From Candidatus Krumholzibacteriia bacterium (lineage in GTDB: Bacteria; Krumholzibacteriota; Krumholzibacteriia; Krumholzibacteriales; Krumholzibacteriaceae), in contig CAWIIQ010000001.1 in the NCBI GenBank assembly GCA_963836185.1, forward strand, positions 1,920,001 to 1,984,000: 64,000 nt of DNA, written 5' to 3'. Positions 9,962-20,592 of the stretch are shown here, in pieces. Within the stretch, counting starts at the first letter, position 1. The number at the start of each line of letters is the position of its first letter. A program made the position numbers and the translations under genes. The notes under the pieces were generated by a model that had not been told where the DNA came from, did not search any database, and saw only the letters and a list, made by a program, of their open reading frames with translations.

Positions 9962-10840
9962 CTACCTCACATCCCCGAGCGCCTTTGTCCTCTTGATGTA
10001 GAAGAGAGAGAAGGCAAATAGGAGCGCGAATATGAATACTGAGAATGCCGCCGCGTACCCGTACCTGTAATAGGTGAATGCCGCCTTGTAAACGTATGTG
10101 ACGAGAATGTGGGTCTTGTCGGCGGGCAGGCCGCGGTCTGTTACGAGCCAGATCACGTTGATATTGTTGAATGTCCAGATAGTCCCGAGGATGATCGCCG
10201 GGGTCAGCACGGGCTTGAGCATAGGCAGGGTGATGTTGAAGAACTTTTTAAACGAAGAGGCGCCGTCGATGTCGGCTGCCTCGTAGAGGTCCTTCGGAAT
10301 CGACTGCAGCCCGCCCAGGGTCACGACCATGATAAACGGAAATCCGAGCCAGATGTTAGTCAGTATAGGCGCGATGAATGCCGCCGTCTCATTCGAGAAC
10401 CACTCGATCGCGGGCATGTGAAAGAGCTTTGTAAGGATCAGGTTCACAGAGCCGTACTGATAGTTGAACATCCCCTTCCAGGTCAGCGCGCTGATGTACT
10501 GCGGCATCGCCCATGGCAGAATCAGCAGGGCCCGGAATATCCCCCTCCCCCTTATGTTCCTGTTCAGCAACATCGCTATCGAGATGCCTAGGACCATGTG
10601 GAAGAAGAGGTTCACGAATGTCCAGATCAGCGTCTTCCCGAAATAGTACCAGAGATCCTTCTCGAAAAAGATATCGCGGTAGTTGCCCAGCCCCTTGACG
10701 CTGTAGTCGCGGATAGTGTAGAGCCCCATGTTCGTCGTCGATATGTAGAGGTTGTATACAAACGGATAGAAGACGACGAGCAGCAGCACGACGGCCGAGG
10801 GGAGCAGGAAGAACCATATGAGTGTTCTGGGTATACGCAT
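9962..10840 (-). CDS. malF: Maltose/maltodextrin-type ABC permease, MalF-like
   Basis: RALLILPWAMP, NIWLGFPF, LQSIPKDLYEAADIDGA, THILVTYVYK. Confidence 0.85.
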   Translation of the reverse strand: MRIPRTLIWFFLLPSAVVLLLVVFYPFVYNLYISTTNMGLYTIRDYSVKGLGNYRDIFFEKDLWYYFGKTLIWTFVNLFFHMVLGISIAMLLNRNIRGRGIFRALLILPWAMPQYISALTWKGMFNYQYGSVNLILTKLFHMPAIEWFSNETAAFIAPILTNIWLGFPFIMVVTLGGLQSIPKDLYEAADIDGASSFKKFFNITLPMLKPVLTPAIILGTIWTFNNINVIWLVTDRGLPADKTHILVTYVYKAAFTYYRYGYAAAFSVFIFALLFAFSLFYIKRTKALGDVR

Positions 10841-10909
10841 CTTCTCAGGCCCGGATTATATGCTTTCCCGGGCACCATGAGAATAAAAATCTTTCTTTTT
10901 ACCACGGGA

Positions 10910-10939
10910 TGTAACCTCCCCACCCTGCCAGGCGACTAA
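10910..10939 (+). promoter_or_regulatory. Putative ECF-sigma promoter
   Basis: TGTAAC-N17-CGACTAA about 55 nt upstream of the operon that encodes an ECF sigma; matches the general AAC...CG(A/T)C ECF pattern. Confidence 0.6.
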
Positions 10940-10993
10940 TCCTGTGAAAGCCATGGCATCGCACTACTGCGGCAACGATAAAGGAGTTTCGAG

Positions 10994-11626
10994 ATGAATA
11001 CGAAAGAAAGCAGGAAGAAGATGAAAGGGATCGTCCGGTTCACTGGCGGCGGAGCCCTCCTACTGGCGATAATCGGCCTGATCATGTTTTCGCCTCTCAC
11101 CGCCAGTGAGCGGGGCGCCCGTCATGGACATGGGGATTTCGAGGCGGTCGAGGCCGGCGGAAATAATTTCGGGGCTATGAACGCCGGTCCGCGCCGCTTC
11201 GGAAACGGCCCTGAAGGGGGCATCGAGTTCTTCAAGATCGTCCTCGACCTCTCTGACAGCCAGGCAGAGGAGCTCGAACCGATCCTGGCGGAGCATCACG
11301 AGAAGATCGGCGAACTTCGCGGCAAGGGCAGGATGCAGGCCCGACAGGCGATGAGAATGAAACGGATGCACAGAAACGACGGCTGTGATAATGTCGATCA
11401 GGTCGAGATGCGGGCGAAGATGCGCAGGCAGAGACGCGAGTTCGAGAAGAACCGCAATACGATGCGCAAGCGTGTGGATAGAAACCGCGAAGAACTCGAC
11501 GAGAAGCTCGCGAAGGTCCTCGACGACGATCAGATGGAGAAGTATCTCAAGCTGCGCGAGTTGAGAGAAGAGGGCCGCGAGGAGCGCCGTGAGCATCGGC
11601 AGGAACGGCGCGGCAGGAAGATTTGA
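10994..11626 (+). CDS. Exported helical protein, Spy/CpxP/periplasmic-sensor-like
   Basis: Signal/TM segment, LDLSDSQ and VLDDDQ (LTxxQ-like) motifs, Arg/Met-rich helices. Confidence 0.7.
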   Translation: MNTKESRKKMKGIVRFTGGGALLLAIIGLIMFSPLTASERGARHGHGDFEAVEAGGNNFGAMNAGPRRFGNGPEGGIEFFKIVLDLSDSQAEELEPILAEHHEKIGELRGKGRMQARQAMRMKRMHRNDGCDNVDQVEMRAKMRRQRREFEKNRNTMRKRVDRNREELDEKLAKVLDDDQMEKYLKLRELREEGREERREHRQERRGRKI

Positions 11627-12261
11627 ACGGCAGTACCGCATACGCGCTCAGTGTTCCAGCCCCGAGGGACGTCATGGAGACCGTAGAAAGAGATGACCTC
11701 GAGATCATAAGTGAAGTGCTCGACGGAGACACGAACAGGTTCGAGGTTCTGATAGACAGGCACAGGGAACACGTCTTCCGGATAGTCGGAAGGCGTGTTC
11801 CTCGCGAAGACATCGAGGAGGTCGCTCACGATGTCTTTGTCAGGGCCTGGTCCTCCCTCACCTCCTTCAGGGGTGAGAGCCCTTTTGCGTACTGGCTCTC
11901 GAAGATAGCGGTACGAACATGCCACGATTACTGGCGCGTGCGTTACCGATCGAAAGAGGCTCCGATGAGCTCTCTCGGAGAGGACCACGCCGACTGGCTC
12001 GAAAGCACGATGACCGGCGAGTCGGGGGCATCGTTCGAGAGCGGCGAGTCGCGGATGATCGCGAGGGACCTGATGATGAGAGCGCTCGCGCAGCTCTCCC
12101 CCGCCGACAGGGCGGTGATCGAGCTGGTCCACCTCGAGGAGAGGCCGGTCAGGGAAGCAGCCGACATGCTCGGCTGGAGCACGGCGAATGTCAAGGTCAG
12201 GGCTCACAGGTCGAGAAAGAAACTGAAAAAGATACTGGAGAAGATGGAGGAGACGAGATGA
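11623..12261 (+). CDS. ECF RNA polymerase sigma factor
   Basis: Region 2 (EEVAHDVFVRAW...FRGESPFAYWLSKIA) and region 4 (EAADMLGWSTANVKVRAHRSR). Start may be ATG 11674. Confidence 0.94.
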   Translation: MNGSTAYALSVPAPRDVMETVERDDLEIISEVLDGDTNRFEVLIDRHREHVFRIVGRRVPREDIEEVAHDVFVRAWSSLTSFRGESPFAYWLSKIAVRTCHDYWRVRYRSKEAPMSSLGEDHADWLESTMTGESGASFESGESRMIARDLMMRALAQLSPADRAVIELVHLEERPVREAADMLGWSTANVKVRAHRSRKKLKKILEKMEETR

Positions 12262-12560
12262 TAAAGAAGGATATAGACAGGATGGACCGGCTCCTCGCCG
12301 ATGGCTGGAGGAATCCGGGCGGCCTGGTGCCGGGGGATGACTGGAAGACAGGTGTGATGTCGGAGATACGCTCGACCGAGATGGAATCTCCGGTGACGAA
12401 CGGCTTCAGCCGCGTCGTACTGCGGGTGTCGGTCGCAGCGGCGCTGACTGCATTCGCACTGGTGGCCTGGACATTCGCTACGGGCCTGGTACCGTATCAG
12501 GAAATGGCGATGGAACTGCTCCAGGACCCGGTGAGCATATTCAGTTCACCGTTCGTATAG
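12258..12560 (+). CDS. Small membrane protein, probable anti-sigma factor
   Basis: ATGA-coupled to the ECF gene; MIKKDIDRMDRLL...PGDDWKTGVMSEI followed by one TM helix. Confidence 0.75.
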   Translation: MIKKDIDRMDRLLADGWRNPGGLVPGDDWKTGVMSEIRSTEMESPVTNGFSRVVLRVSVAAALTAFALVAWTFATGLVPYQEMAMELLQDPVSIFSSPFV

Positions 12561-12572
12561 GACAGGAAGGAA

Positions 12573-13025
12573 ATGATCATGAAAGGCAAGACAAGGATAT
12601 GGATCGGGATGGTACTGCTCTTTATAAGCGGTATCGCCATCGGGTTCTTCGGCTCGGGGCTGGTCATCAGGAAGCATGTCCGGGACTTCGTCCAGAGAGG
12701 CCCGGCGCATATGAACTCGCGTTTAGTCGGGCATGCTATCCGGGGGATGGACCTGACCGACGAGCAGCAGGCGAAGATCGACGCTATCGTCGAAGAGACC
12801 ATGCCGGAGATGAAGCGCATGTCGAGCGAATTCGGCGATTCTCTCGAGACGCTCGCTACAATCCAGTTCGAGGCCATAAAGGCCGTCCTCGACGAGGAGC
12901 AGGTCAAGGTCCTCGAGAAGCGCATGGAGGAGATCCGCAAGAGGATGAAAGGGAGACGGGGCGGGATGCGCGGTGACAGGCGCGGGAGGAAAGAACACCA
13001 GGATGAGGACCCTCAGGGCGGTTGA
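12573..13025 (+). CDS. Membrane-anchored periplasmic helical protein (Spy/CpxP/CnrX-like)
   Basis: N-terminal TM, MDLTDEQQAKI and VLDEEQ motifs. Confidence 0.72.
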   Translation: MIMKGKTRIWIGMVLLFISGIAIGFFGSGLVIRKHVRDFVQRGPAHMNSRLVGHAIRGMDLTDEQQAKIDAIVEETMPEMKRMSSEFGDSLETLATIQFEAIKAVLDEEQVKVLEKRMEEIRKRMKGRRGGMRGDRRGRKEHQDEDPQGG

Positions 13026-13105
13026 TAACGATTCTGGAAATGAAAAGACATATATAGTATATTCTTCACTCGAATTATAAGTATCCACATATCCAGGGAG
13101 AGAGA

Positions 13106-14560
13106 TTGAGACTCCGACTCTATCTGATACTGCTTATATCCGCCACTGCGCTCCTCGCTTCATGCGGGCTCGGGTTCAGGACGGGCCCTGATTACGAGCG
13201 CCCCGAGGAAGTAGTGGAGTTCGAGGCTCCCGACTCATTCATCCAGGCAGATGGCGATACCATGCCTGTCCTCCCCCAGGTACGCTGGTGGGAGGTCTTC
13301 GGAGATACGACCCTCAACAGCCTCATCGACGAGGCGATGGTCAGCAACCTCGATATCCGCAGGGCCACCGCCTCAGTCGCCGAGATGTCAGCATACAGCC
13401 GCAAGGCCTTCGCGGACCGACTTCCCGCAATCGGAGTGAACGGAGACTGGGCGAGGCAGAAGCTGCCCGACGCCCAGACCGCACAGGGCGGGACGGTCGG
13501 AGGCTCGACCGACAGCTGGAACCTCTCTCTCGGCGCGTCGTACGAGTGGGACCTCTGGGGCAAATGGTCGAGGGCTCACGAGGCGGCCCGGGCCGATCTC
13601 GCCGGTTCGATAGAGAACAGGAACACGATCATCCAGTCGGTTATCTCCGAGACCGCTACACTTTACTTCCAGATAGAAGCGACCGAGCGCCGTATACAGA
13701 TATCAGAGGACCTGATCGGCAACTACGCCAAAAGCGTAAAGACGATCGAGGCACGCTATAAGAGGGGCCTGACCAGTGTCCTTGACCTTACCCAGGCTCA
13801 GCGCTCGCTCGCCAACGCCGAGTCGATCCTGCCGCAGTACAGGCAGGAGCTCGGCAAGCTCCAGTACAGGCTCGCCGTGATACTCGGCAGGTATCCCGAA
13901 TCTTCTCCCCCGAGGAAGCAGCCCGAGGAATATTTCAGGCGCCTCTCCCCCGTTCCCGCCGGACTGCCCTCCGACCTGCTCGAATCGAGGCCCGATGTGA
14001 GGGCCGCCGAGGAGAGGCTGCGGGCGCTCAACGCGAGGTATGGCGTCGCGGTCGGTAACCTCTTCCCGAGGATCACGCTGACCGGAAGCTACGGATATAC
14101 GAGCAGGGAACTCGACGGGCTCTTCCGGCCCGACCAGATCCTGTGGAACCTCTTTGCCGGGATCACTCAGCCGATATTCAACTCGCAGACACTCCTTACC
14201 GAGAAGGACGCCGCCAGGGCAAGGTACGAGCAGGGGCTGACCGATTACGCCAAGACGGTGCTTGGCGCGTTCGCCGAGGTCGAAGGCGCCCTGCTGACGA
14301 GAAAAGAACAGCTCGAGAAACGCGAATATATCATCGAATTCCTCGAAAAGGCCCGAATCACACAGGTGATCGCCCAGAGCAGGTACGACCGGGGCCTTGT
14401 CGACTATATAACGGTACTCGACGCGTGGGCCGCGAGGTTCCAGGCCGAGGACAGCCTCGTCCTCGTCGACCTTGCCATACTTACCAATCGCGTCACACTT
14501 CACCGCGCACTCGGCGGCAACTGGATAGAACCCGATAATACGGAGGAAGAGAACAGATGA
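13106..14560 (+). CDS. RND outer-membrane factor lipoprotein (NodT/OprM family)
   Basis: Lipobox LLASC, GPDYERP, WWEVFGD, YEWDLWG, GLPSDLLESRPDV, LHRALGGNW. Confidence 0.95.
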   Translation: MRLRLYLILLISATALLASCGLGFRTGPDYERPEEVVEFEAPDSFIQADGDTMPVLPQVRWWEVFGDTTLNSLIDEAMVSNLDIRRATASVAEMSAYSRKAFADRLPAIGVNGDWARQKLPDAQTAQGGTVGGSTDSWNLSLGASYEWDLWGKWSRAHEAARADLAGSIENRNTIIQSVISETATLYFQIEATERRIQISEDLIGNYAKSVKTIEARYKRGLTSVLDLTQAQRSLANAESILPQYRQELGKLQYRLAVILGRYPESSPPRKQPEEYFRRLSPVPAGLPSDLLESRPDVRAAEERLRALNARYGVAVGNLFPRITLTGSYGYTSRELDGLFRPDQILWNLFAGITQPIFNSQTLLTEKDAARARYEQGLTDYAKTVLGAFAEVEGALLTRKEQLEKREYIIEFLEKARITQVIAQSRYDRGLVDYITVLDAWAARFQAEDSLVLVDLAILTNRVTLHRALGGNWIEPDNTEEENR

Positions 14561-15761
14561 GTCTCAAGGAGAAGATACTCGAATTCAGGGAGAAGAGGCC
14601 AGCGGCTTTCCAGGTATCGGTCATAGCCGCGCTTATCATAGTCGCCATCCTCATCTTCGCCGTGATGATGTCCACACGCGAAGAGGTGATCAGGCAGAAG
14701 ATGACCCTTCCCGCCCCCAAGGTGAAGACGGCAGTCGCCGAAGTCGGCCCCACGCGGGTCAGGATCACGGGTGAAGGGACGGTATCACCGCTTCGTGAGA
14801 TCGATCTCGTACCGCAGGTAGGCGGCAGGGTCGTATTCATGTCGCCATGCACTGGTAGATGGCGGAGAATTCGAAAAGGGTGATGTCCTTTTCCGCATAG
14901 ACCCGGTCGATTACAAGCTCGCCGTCCAGTCGGCCCTGGCCAGGGTCAAGGATCTCGAGAGCAAGATGATGCTCACCGAGGAAGAGGCTGAGGCGGCCCA
15001 GGAGGAATGGAATATACAGACCGATAACGACGGCACATCTCCGCCGCCGCTCGTCGCCAAGGAGCCTCAGCTCGCAGCGGCGAAGGCAGCGCTCGACGGA
15101 GCGAAGGCCGACCTCGACAAGGCGCGGCTCAATCTCGAGAGGACATCTATAAAGGCCCCGTTCGATGGAAGGATCAGCTCGAAATCTGTCGACCTCGGAC
15201 AGTTCGTCGCGGTCGGACAGAAGCTCGCCAGGATGTTCTCAGTCGAAGCGGCCGAGATCATGGTACCCCTCGAGGATGTCGACCTTAGATGGATCGAGGT
15301 CCCCGGATTTACCGCCGGAGAGACGAGTGAATCTACAGCTTCCGTCATAGCGACGATCGCCGGGCACAAATCGAACGTGCCGGCCAGGCTGATGCGCACG
15401 GAGGGAAGGCTCGATGAGCGGACCAGGATGGTAAACGTCATCGTCCGTGTCGAAAGGCCGTACGACGAGAGGCCACCGCTCGTGATGGGCCTCTTCGTCC
15501 GTGTCGAGATAGAGGGAGTGACACTGCCTGCAGCGACATGGCTGCCTCGGAGCGCAGTCCATGACGGCGATACTGTCTACATCGTCGATGGGGAGAGCAG
15601 GATCAGGTTCAGGAAGGTCGAGATCGCCCGTTACGACCGTGACGACGTCCTCATCGAGTTCGGGGCTCGAGAGCGGCGACCTGATCGTCGTCTCGGCGAT
15701 GAAGATCGTGACCGAGGGAATGAAGGTCACCCAGTCCACGCCGGAGGTCGAAGGCGAATGA
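14557..15761 (+). CDS. RND periplasmic adaptor (frameshifts near 14850 and 15660)
   Basis: LVPQVGGRV, KARLNLERTSIKAPFDGRI, GLESGDLIVVS...EGMKV pieces spread over three frames; ends ATGA-coupled to the permease. Confidence 0.88.
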
Positions 15762-18700
15762 ACGGCATCATCGGCTGGTTTACAAAGAATCATGTGGCGG
15801 CCAACCTCCTGATGATATTCCTCATTCTGGCGGGATTCATGACCGTGCAGAATATCAAGATAGAGACCTTCCCCGAGTTCGCCCCCGATATGATATCGAT
15901 CTCGATGGAGTATCCCGGAGCTTCGCCCGAAGAGGTCGAGGAGGCCGTGATACGCAGGATCGAGGAGCGTGTCGCCGGCCTTGCAGGGATAAAGAAGATC
16001 ACGGCCTCGGCCCGCGAGAGCTTCGGCAGCGTCACGATAGAGGTGTTGAGCAACTGGGACCTCGATCTGCTGACCAACGAGGTCAAGAGCGAGGTCGACC
16101 GGATCAGGACATTCCCCAACGAGGCGGAAAAGCCGATCGTCCGTCAGATCGTTCGCAAGAACCAGGTGATAAACCTCGCCCTGTACGGGGACGCACCCGA
16201 GCCGACGATCAAGCACCTCGCCGAGAAGATAAAAGCCGACCTGGTGAACCTCCCCGGTATCACGCTCGTCGAGATATTCGGTGTCCGCAGGGCCGAGATA
16301 CATCTCGACATCTCGGAGAGCAACCTCAGGCGGTACGGCCTCACGCTTGACCGCGTCGCCTCTATCGTCCAGCAGTCGAGCCTCGATATGCCCGCCGGTT
16401 CGGTCAAATCGAAGGAAGGCACGGTCCTGATCAGGACCAAGGGGCGCAGGTACACTGCCGAGGATTACGCCGACATAGCGATCATAACGAATCCCGACGG
16501 CTCGAAGGTGACCCTCGGACAGATCGCGACACTGACGGACGGATACGAGGACACCGACCTTAAGGTCTCGACACGCGGCAAGCCGGCAGCCTTCGTCGAG
16601 GTATACCGCGTCGCCGACCAGAGCGCGCTGAAGGTCGCCTCGAGGGTCAAGGAATACGTGGCAGATATCAAGGGCGACCTTCCCGAGGGGATGGATATCG
16701 TCTTCTTCAGGGACCGCTCCCTTATACTCAAGAGCAGGATCAACCTCCTCGTCAAGAACATGGCCCTCGGCCTCGTCCTCGTGATCATTCTCCTCTCTCT
16801 GTTCCTCGACGTGAGGCTCGCATTCTGGGTGACGATGGGCATCCCGATCTCGTTTGCGACGGGATTGATACTGCTGCCCTTTTTCAACATCTCGATCAAC
16901 ATGATCTCCCTCTTCGCGTTCATACTGATCCTTGGAATTGTGGTCGATGACGCCATCGTCATAGGCGAGAACATCTACCGCAAGCGCGAGAAGGGTGTCC
17001 CGAACTTCGAGGCTGCAGTGACAGGCGCCTCGCAGGTCAGCAAGCCGGTCATCTTCGCCGTACTCACCACGATGGCGGCGTTCTGGCCCCTTCTGATGAT
17101 TCCCGGTACGCGCGGCAACATAATGCGCAACATCCCTATCGTAGTTATCGCCGTTCTGGCCGGATCGCTGATCGAGGCACTCCTCATACTCCCCGCCCAC
17201 CTCGCCAGGTGCAGCTTCAAGCAGTTCTGCGTCGATCCTTCGGAGAGAAAACAGAAGCGCATGGATAAATGGCTAAAGGATTTTGTCAAAGGCCATTACC
17301 GCAATTTCCTCGCGTTCTGTCTGAAGTGGAGATATGCGACAGTGGCGGTCGGAGCGGCCGTCCTCATACTGACGCTCGGCCTTATCACGAGCGGCCGTAT
17401 CAAGCTCACGATATTCCCCCGCCTCGATGCGGACAACCTCATATGCTCGATCGTCATGCCTCCGAGCACACCCCTGAGCCGGACCGAGGAGGTCCTTGCT
17501 CACATAGAGAAGGCGGCCCTCGAGACGATGGCCGAGGCCGACGCGAATCGGCCCGATGACGCGCCGTCGGTGATGGAGGATTACTTCACCCTGATCGGTG
17601 TTCACATGGGAGGCGGAGGCCCCTTCGGTTCGGTCTCGAGCGGAGCGAACCTCGCCCAGGTCCATATCCAGCTGCTCGAGGGTGAGAAAAGGGACCTCAA
17701 GTCGAGGTACCTCGTCAACGAGTGGCGCAAGAAGGTCGGCATCATCCCCGAAGCGGAATCGATCGCCTTCCGCGGCCAGATCGGGAGCTCCGACGCACCC
17801 ATCGAGGTCCAGCTTTCAGCCGACGACAACGACAAGCTCTTCGAAGCGGTCGAATCGCTGAAGGACGAGCTGCGCGAGTACCCGGGACTGATGGAAGTCG
17901 CCGACGACTACATGCCGGGCAAGGAGGAGATGCAGCTCAAACTCAAGCCCGAGGCACGTTCCCTCGGGACTGACCCTGCGCGACCTCGCAAGCCAGGTCA
18001 GGGCGGCCTTCTACGGCGCCGAGGCGCTGCGCCTCCAGATCGGCGAGGACGAGGTCAAGGTCCTCGTCCGGTATCCCGACGGCGAGCGCAGGTCGCTGGG
18101 CAACGTCAGCAGCATGAGGATCCGGATGCCCGACGGCACGGAGGTCCCCTTCAGACAGGTCGCCGAGGTCAACACGGTCCAGGGTTACGCGACTATCCAG
18201 AGGGCCTACCGCAAGAGGGTCATCGCCGTCTCGGCCGATATCGTGGAGGGACAGGCGAACACCACAGAGGTCAACCGCGCCCTCGAGTCGAGAATACTCC
18301 CCTCGATGCGCGAGAGGCATCCCGAGGTCCGCTTCGCGATCGAAGGCGAGAGCCGCGAGGACAATGAGTTCATGGGCTCGATCCTCAAGTCGTTCATGAT
18401 CGCCCTCTTTCTGATATACGCCCTGCTCGCGGTACCGTTCAGATCGTTCGCTCAGCCGCTTATCGTCATGGCGGCTATCCCCTTCGGGATGGTCGGCGCA
18501 GTGCTGGGCCACAAGCTGATGGGGTACGACCTGAGCATGATGAGCCTCTTCGGGATAGTCGGCCTGTCCGGTGTAGTGGTTAACGATTCGCTCGTGCTTA
18601 TCGAGGCGACTAACAGGATCCGCGAGGGCGGCAGGACCGCCATCGAATCGATCAGCTGCTGCGGGCGAGCTGAGGTTCAGGGCCATCATCCTGACATCGA

Positions 18701-18897
18701 TAACGACCTTCGGCGGCCTGCTCCCGATGCTTCTGGAGAGGTCGCTCCAGGCGAAGTTCCTCATCCCGATGGCCGCGGGGCTCGGATGGGGAGTGCTCTT
18801 CGCAACGGGGATAACCCTGGTGATAATCCCGTGCCTCTACCTCATCCTCGAGGATGTGCACGGGCTTATAGAGAAGGTATTTCCAGCCTCCACATAA
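15758..18897 (+). CDS. RND efflux permease (frameshifts near 17965 and 18660)
   Basis: [19 protein letters not shown] start, [13 protein letters not shown] (TM4), [28 protein letters not shown]; stop TAA at 18895-18897. Confidence 0.92.
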
Positions 18898-19527
18898 TCA
18901 CGCCTTCATCGCCTTCGCTCGTTTCCGTACGATTCGGGCGATCACGGGATACGCAAACCAGGACAACTCCCAGACGATCGGGCCGACGAATGCAAATGGA
19001 ACGGTCAGGGCCGCTGTGAGCGGTTCACCGGTTATGGATACTGCAGTCTGTCTGGCCTGGAGGTCCGTAACGTCATCGCGGAGGAGGCGCCGGTCCTTAC
19101 ACGCATAGCGCCAGGCGAGGGCACCCCACAAACCGACGTTGGCTGCAGCAAGGCTCTCGAAGACACGGGCGCCGAGTGCATCGCCGATTTCGATCCCCAT
19201 CCTGAGCGAATAGAGAAAGAGGAGCACAGAGAAGATCTGAATGATCGACAGTATGGTGTGCTTCGTATCGGTTCCGGCCAGCATACTCGAGAGTTTGTTG
19301 TTCTGGAGCCAGTATACGATGGTGAAGGTAAATCCGACGAGAATCACCAGCAATGCGAGCCATTCAGATCGAAAGTACTCTCCGAGTGATGCCCAGTTTG
19401 TGTCGCTGACCCCCGGCCGGGGAATCAGCAGGAAGATGCGCCAGATTGTGACTCCATAGACTACATCAGCCAGCGTGCCGAGCCGTTGCAGTTGCCGGAC
19501 GCCTGGATCGGGGGCGCTATTACTCAT
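18898..19527 (-). CDS. TMEM175/DUF1211-family membrane protein (putative K+ channel)
   Basis: About 6 TM in 209 aa; N-terminal RLGTLADVVYGVTI resembles the family RLEAFSDGVFAIAI; YWxxN in TM2. Confidence 0.65.
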   Translation of the reverse strand: MSNSAPDPGVRQLQRLGTLADVVYGVTIWRIFLLIPRPGVSDTNWASLGEYFRSEWLALLVILVGFTFTIVYWLQNNKLSSMLAGTDTKHTILSIIQIFSVLLFLYSLRMGIEIGDALGARVFESLAAANVGLWGALAWRYACKDRRLLRDDVTDLQARQTAVSITGEPLTAALTVPFAFVGPIVWELSWFAYPVIARIVRKRAKAMKA

Positions 19528-19548
19528 GACAGGTCCTCCTTTTGAACC

Positions 19549-20577
19549 CTATTGAACTCCTCCCCAGGAGTACTGGTAGGTAGCGGCCAGGGCATTGAAT
19601 TCCGGACCCCTTTCATGCCTCTTTCCAGTAAGGGCGGTGATCTTGACAGTGTGATTCCCGACTATGGGAACGGCCAGTGTCAAGCCTAACCGGAACGTCG
19701 AGATCCTCGTATCTCTCAGCTGACCGTTTACCTCGGTCCTGCCCCCCAGGGCGTAACCTACGTCGAGCGCGAGCCAGCTTCGAACGCGGGGCATGGTGTA
19801 GATCGCGTGCAGCTTTATTGCTCCCAGCGGAAGCTGCTTCAGCTCATTGCCCCCGTAGAAATCAGGATTCTTCGTGAAGAACCGTGCGCTGAGATAAGTC
19901 TCCAGGATCCAGTTACCCAACGTGACAGCCGCGCCCAGCTGCGGCCTGAAGGTCCACCGGTTCGAGCCGAGGTTTATCAGTTTGTCAGGATAATACTGCC
20001 CCAGCGGCACAGTCATCTGAAGGGAACCCCCTATCACGACGCCCTTCCCGTCACCACTCTGTCCTCCGGCACCATCGGAAGAATTGCCGAGAAAATTTAC
20101 TGCAAACCGTAAACGGGGATCGCCGAAGCCGTTTCGACTCGTCGAAGTATCCTGCTCCGCGAGAAGACCTTCCCATGAGCCTGCGACATACGGAACGAGA
20201 ATGTCGATCTTGCTCGAAATGTCGAAGAAAGTCAGGGAACGGAGGTAGCCCCCGACAAAGGTGTTGATATCAGCGTCGAGGTCCTCTATCGGTAAAGCCG
20301 GATCAAGAAGTATATCGCCTTTAGAGTATCCGTAATTGAGCAGAGCGAAATTCATCCCCACCGGCAGTTTGGTCAGCAGCCGGGGTTCGAGTTCCTGTGC
20401 CTGGACCGAGCGTGGAATAGCGCAGACTGTCAGCAGCGTGCATAAAACAACGAAAGCCGTTCTCCATGAACGGTATCGGTCAGATTGCGCCCTGTTTTTC
20501 ATTCTCTGTAATCCAATCAGCACCTCTATCTGTTCTTTCGCAAACAGAGCCGGGGCCTGGTACTGAGGTTGTCCCAT
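19549..20577 (-). CDS. Outer-membrane beta-barrel 'transporter' (Phenol_MetA_deg/SphA-like)
   Basis: Signal peptide ending VQA-QELEPR, GFGDPRLRF, PLGQYYPDKLINLGSNRW, terminal YQYSW. Start could be 20502. Confidence 0.8.
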   Translation of the reverse strand: MGQPQYQAPALFAKEQIEVLIGLQRMKNRAQSDRYRSWRTAFVVLCTLLTVCAIPRSVQAQELEPRLLTKLPVGMNFALLNYGYSKGDILLDPALPIEDLDADINTFVGGYLRSLTFFDISSKIDILVPYVAGSWEGLLAEQDTSTSRNGFGDPRLRFAVNFLGNSSDGAGGQSGDGKGVVIGGSLQMTVPLGQYYPDKLINLGSNRWTFRPQLGAAVTLGNWILETYLSARFFTKNPDFYGGNELKQLPLGAIKLHAIYTMPRVRSWLALDVGYALGGRTEVNGQLRDTRISTFRLGLTLAVPIVGNHTVKITALTGKRHERGPEFNALAATYQYSWGGVQ

Positions 20578-20592
20578 ATATAATCCATGAGT

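Noticed and set aside
14966-18367. Apparent 1133-aa MFP-RND fusion in the ORF track
   Set aside because: Produced by an indel near 15660; the adaptor's natural end (...EVEGE*) overlaps the permease ATG at 15758.
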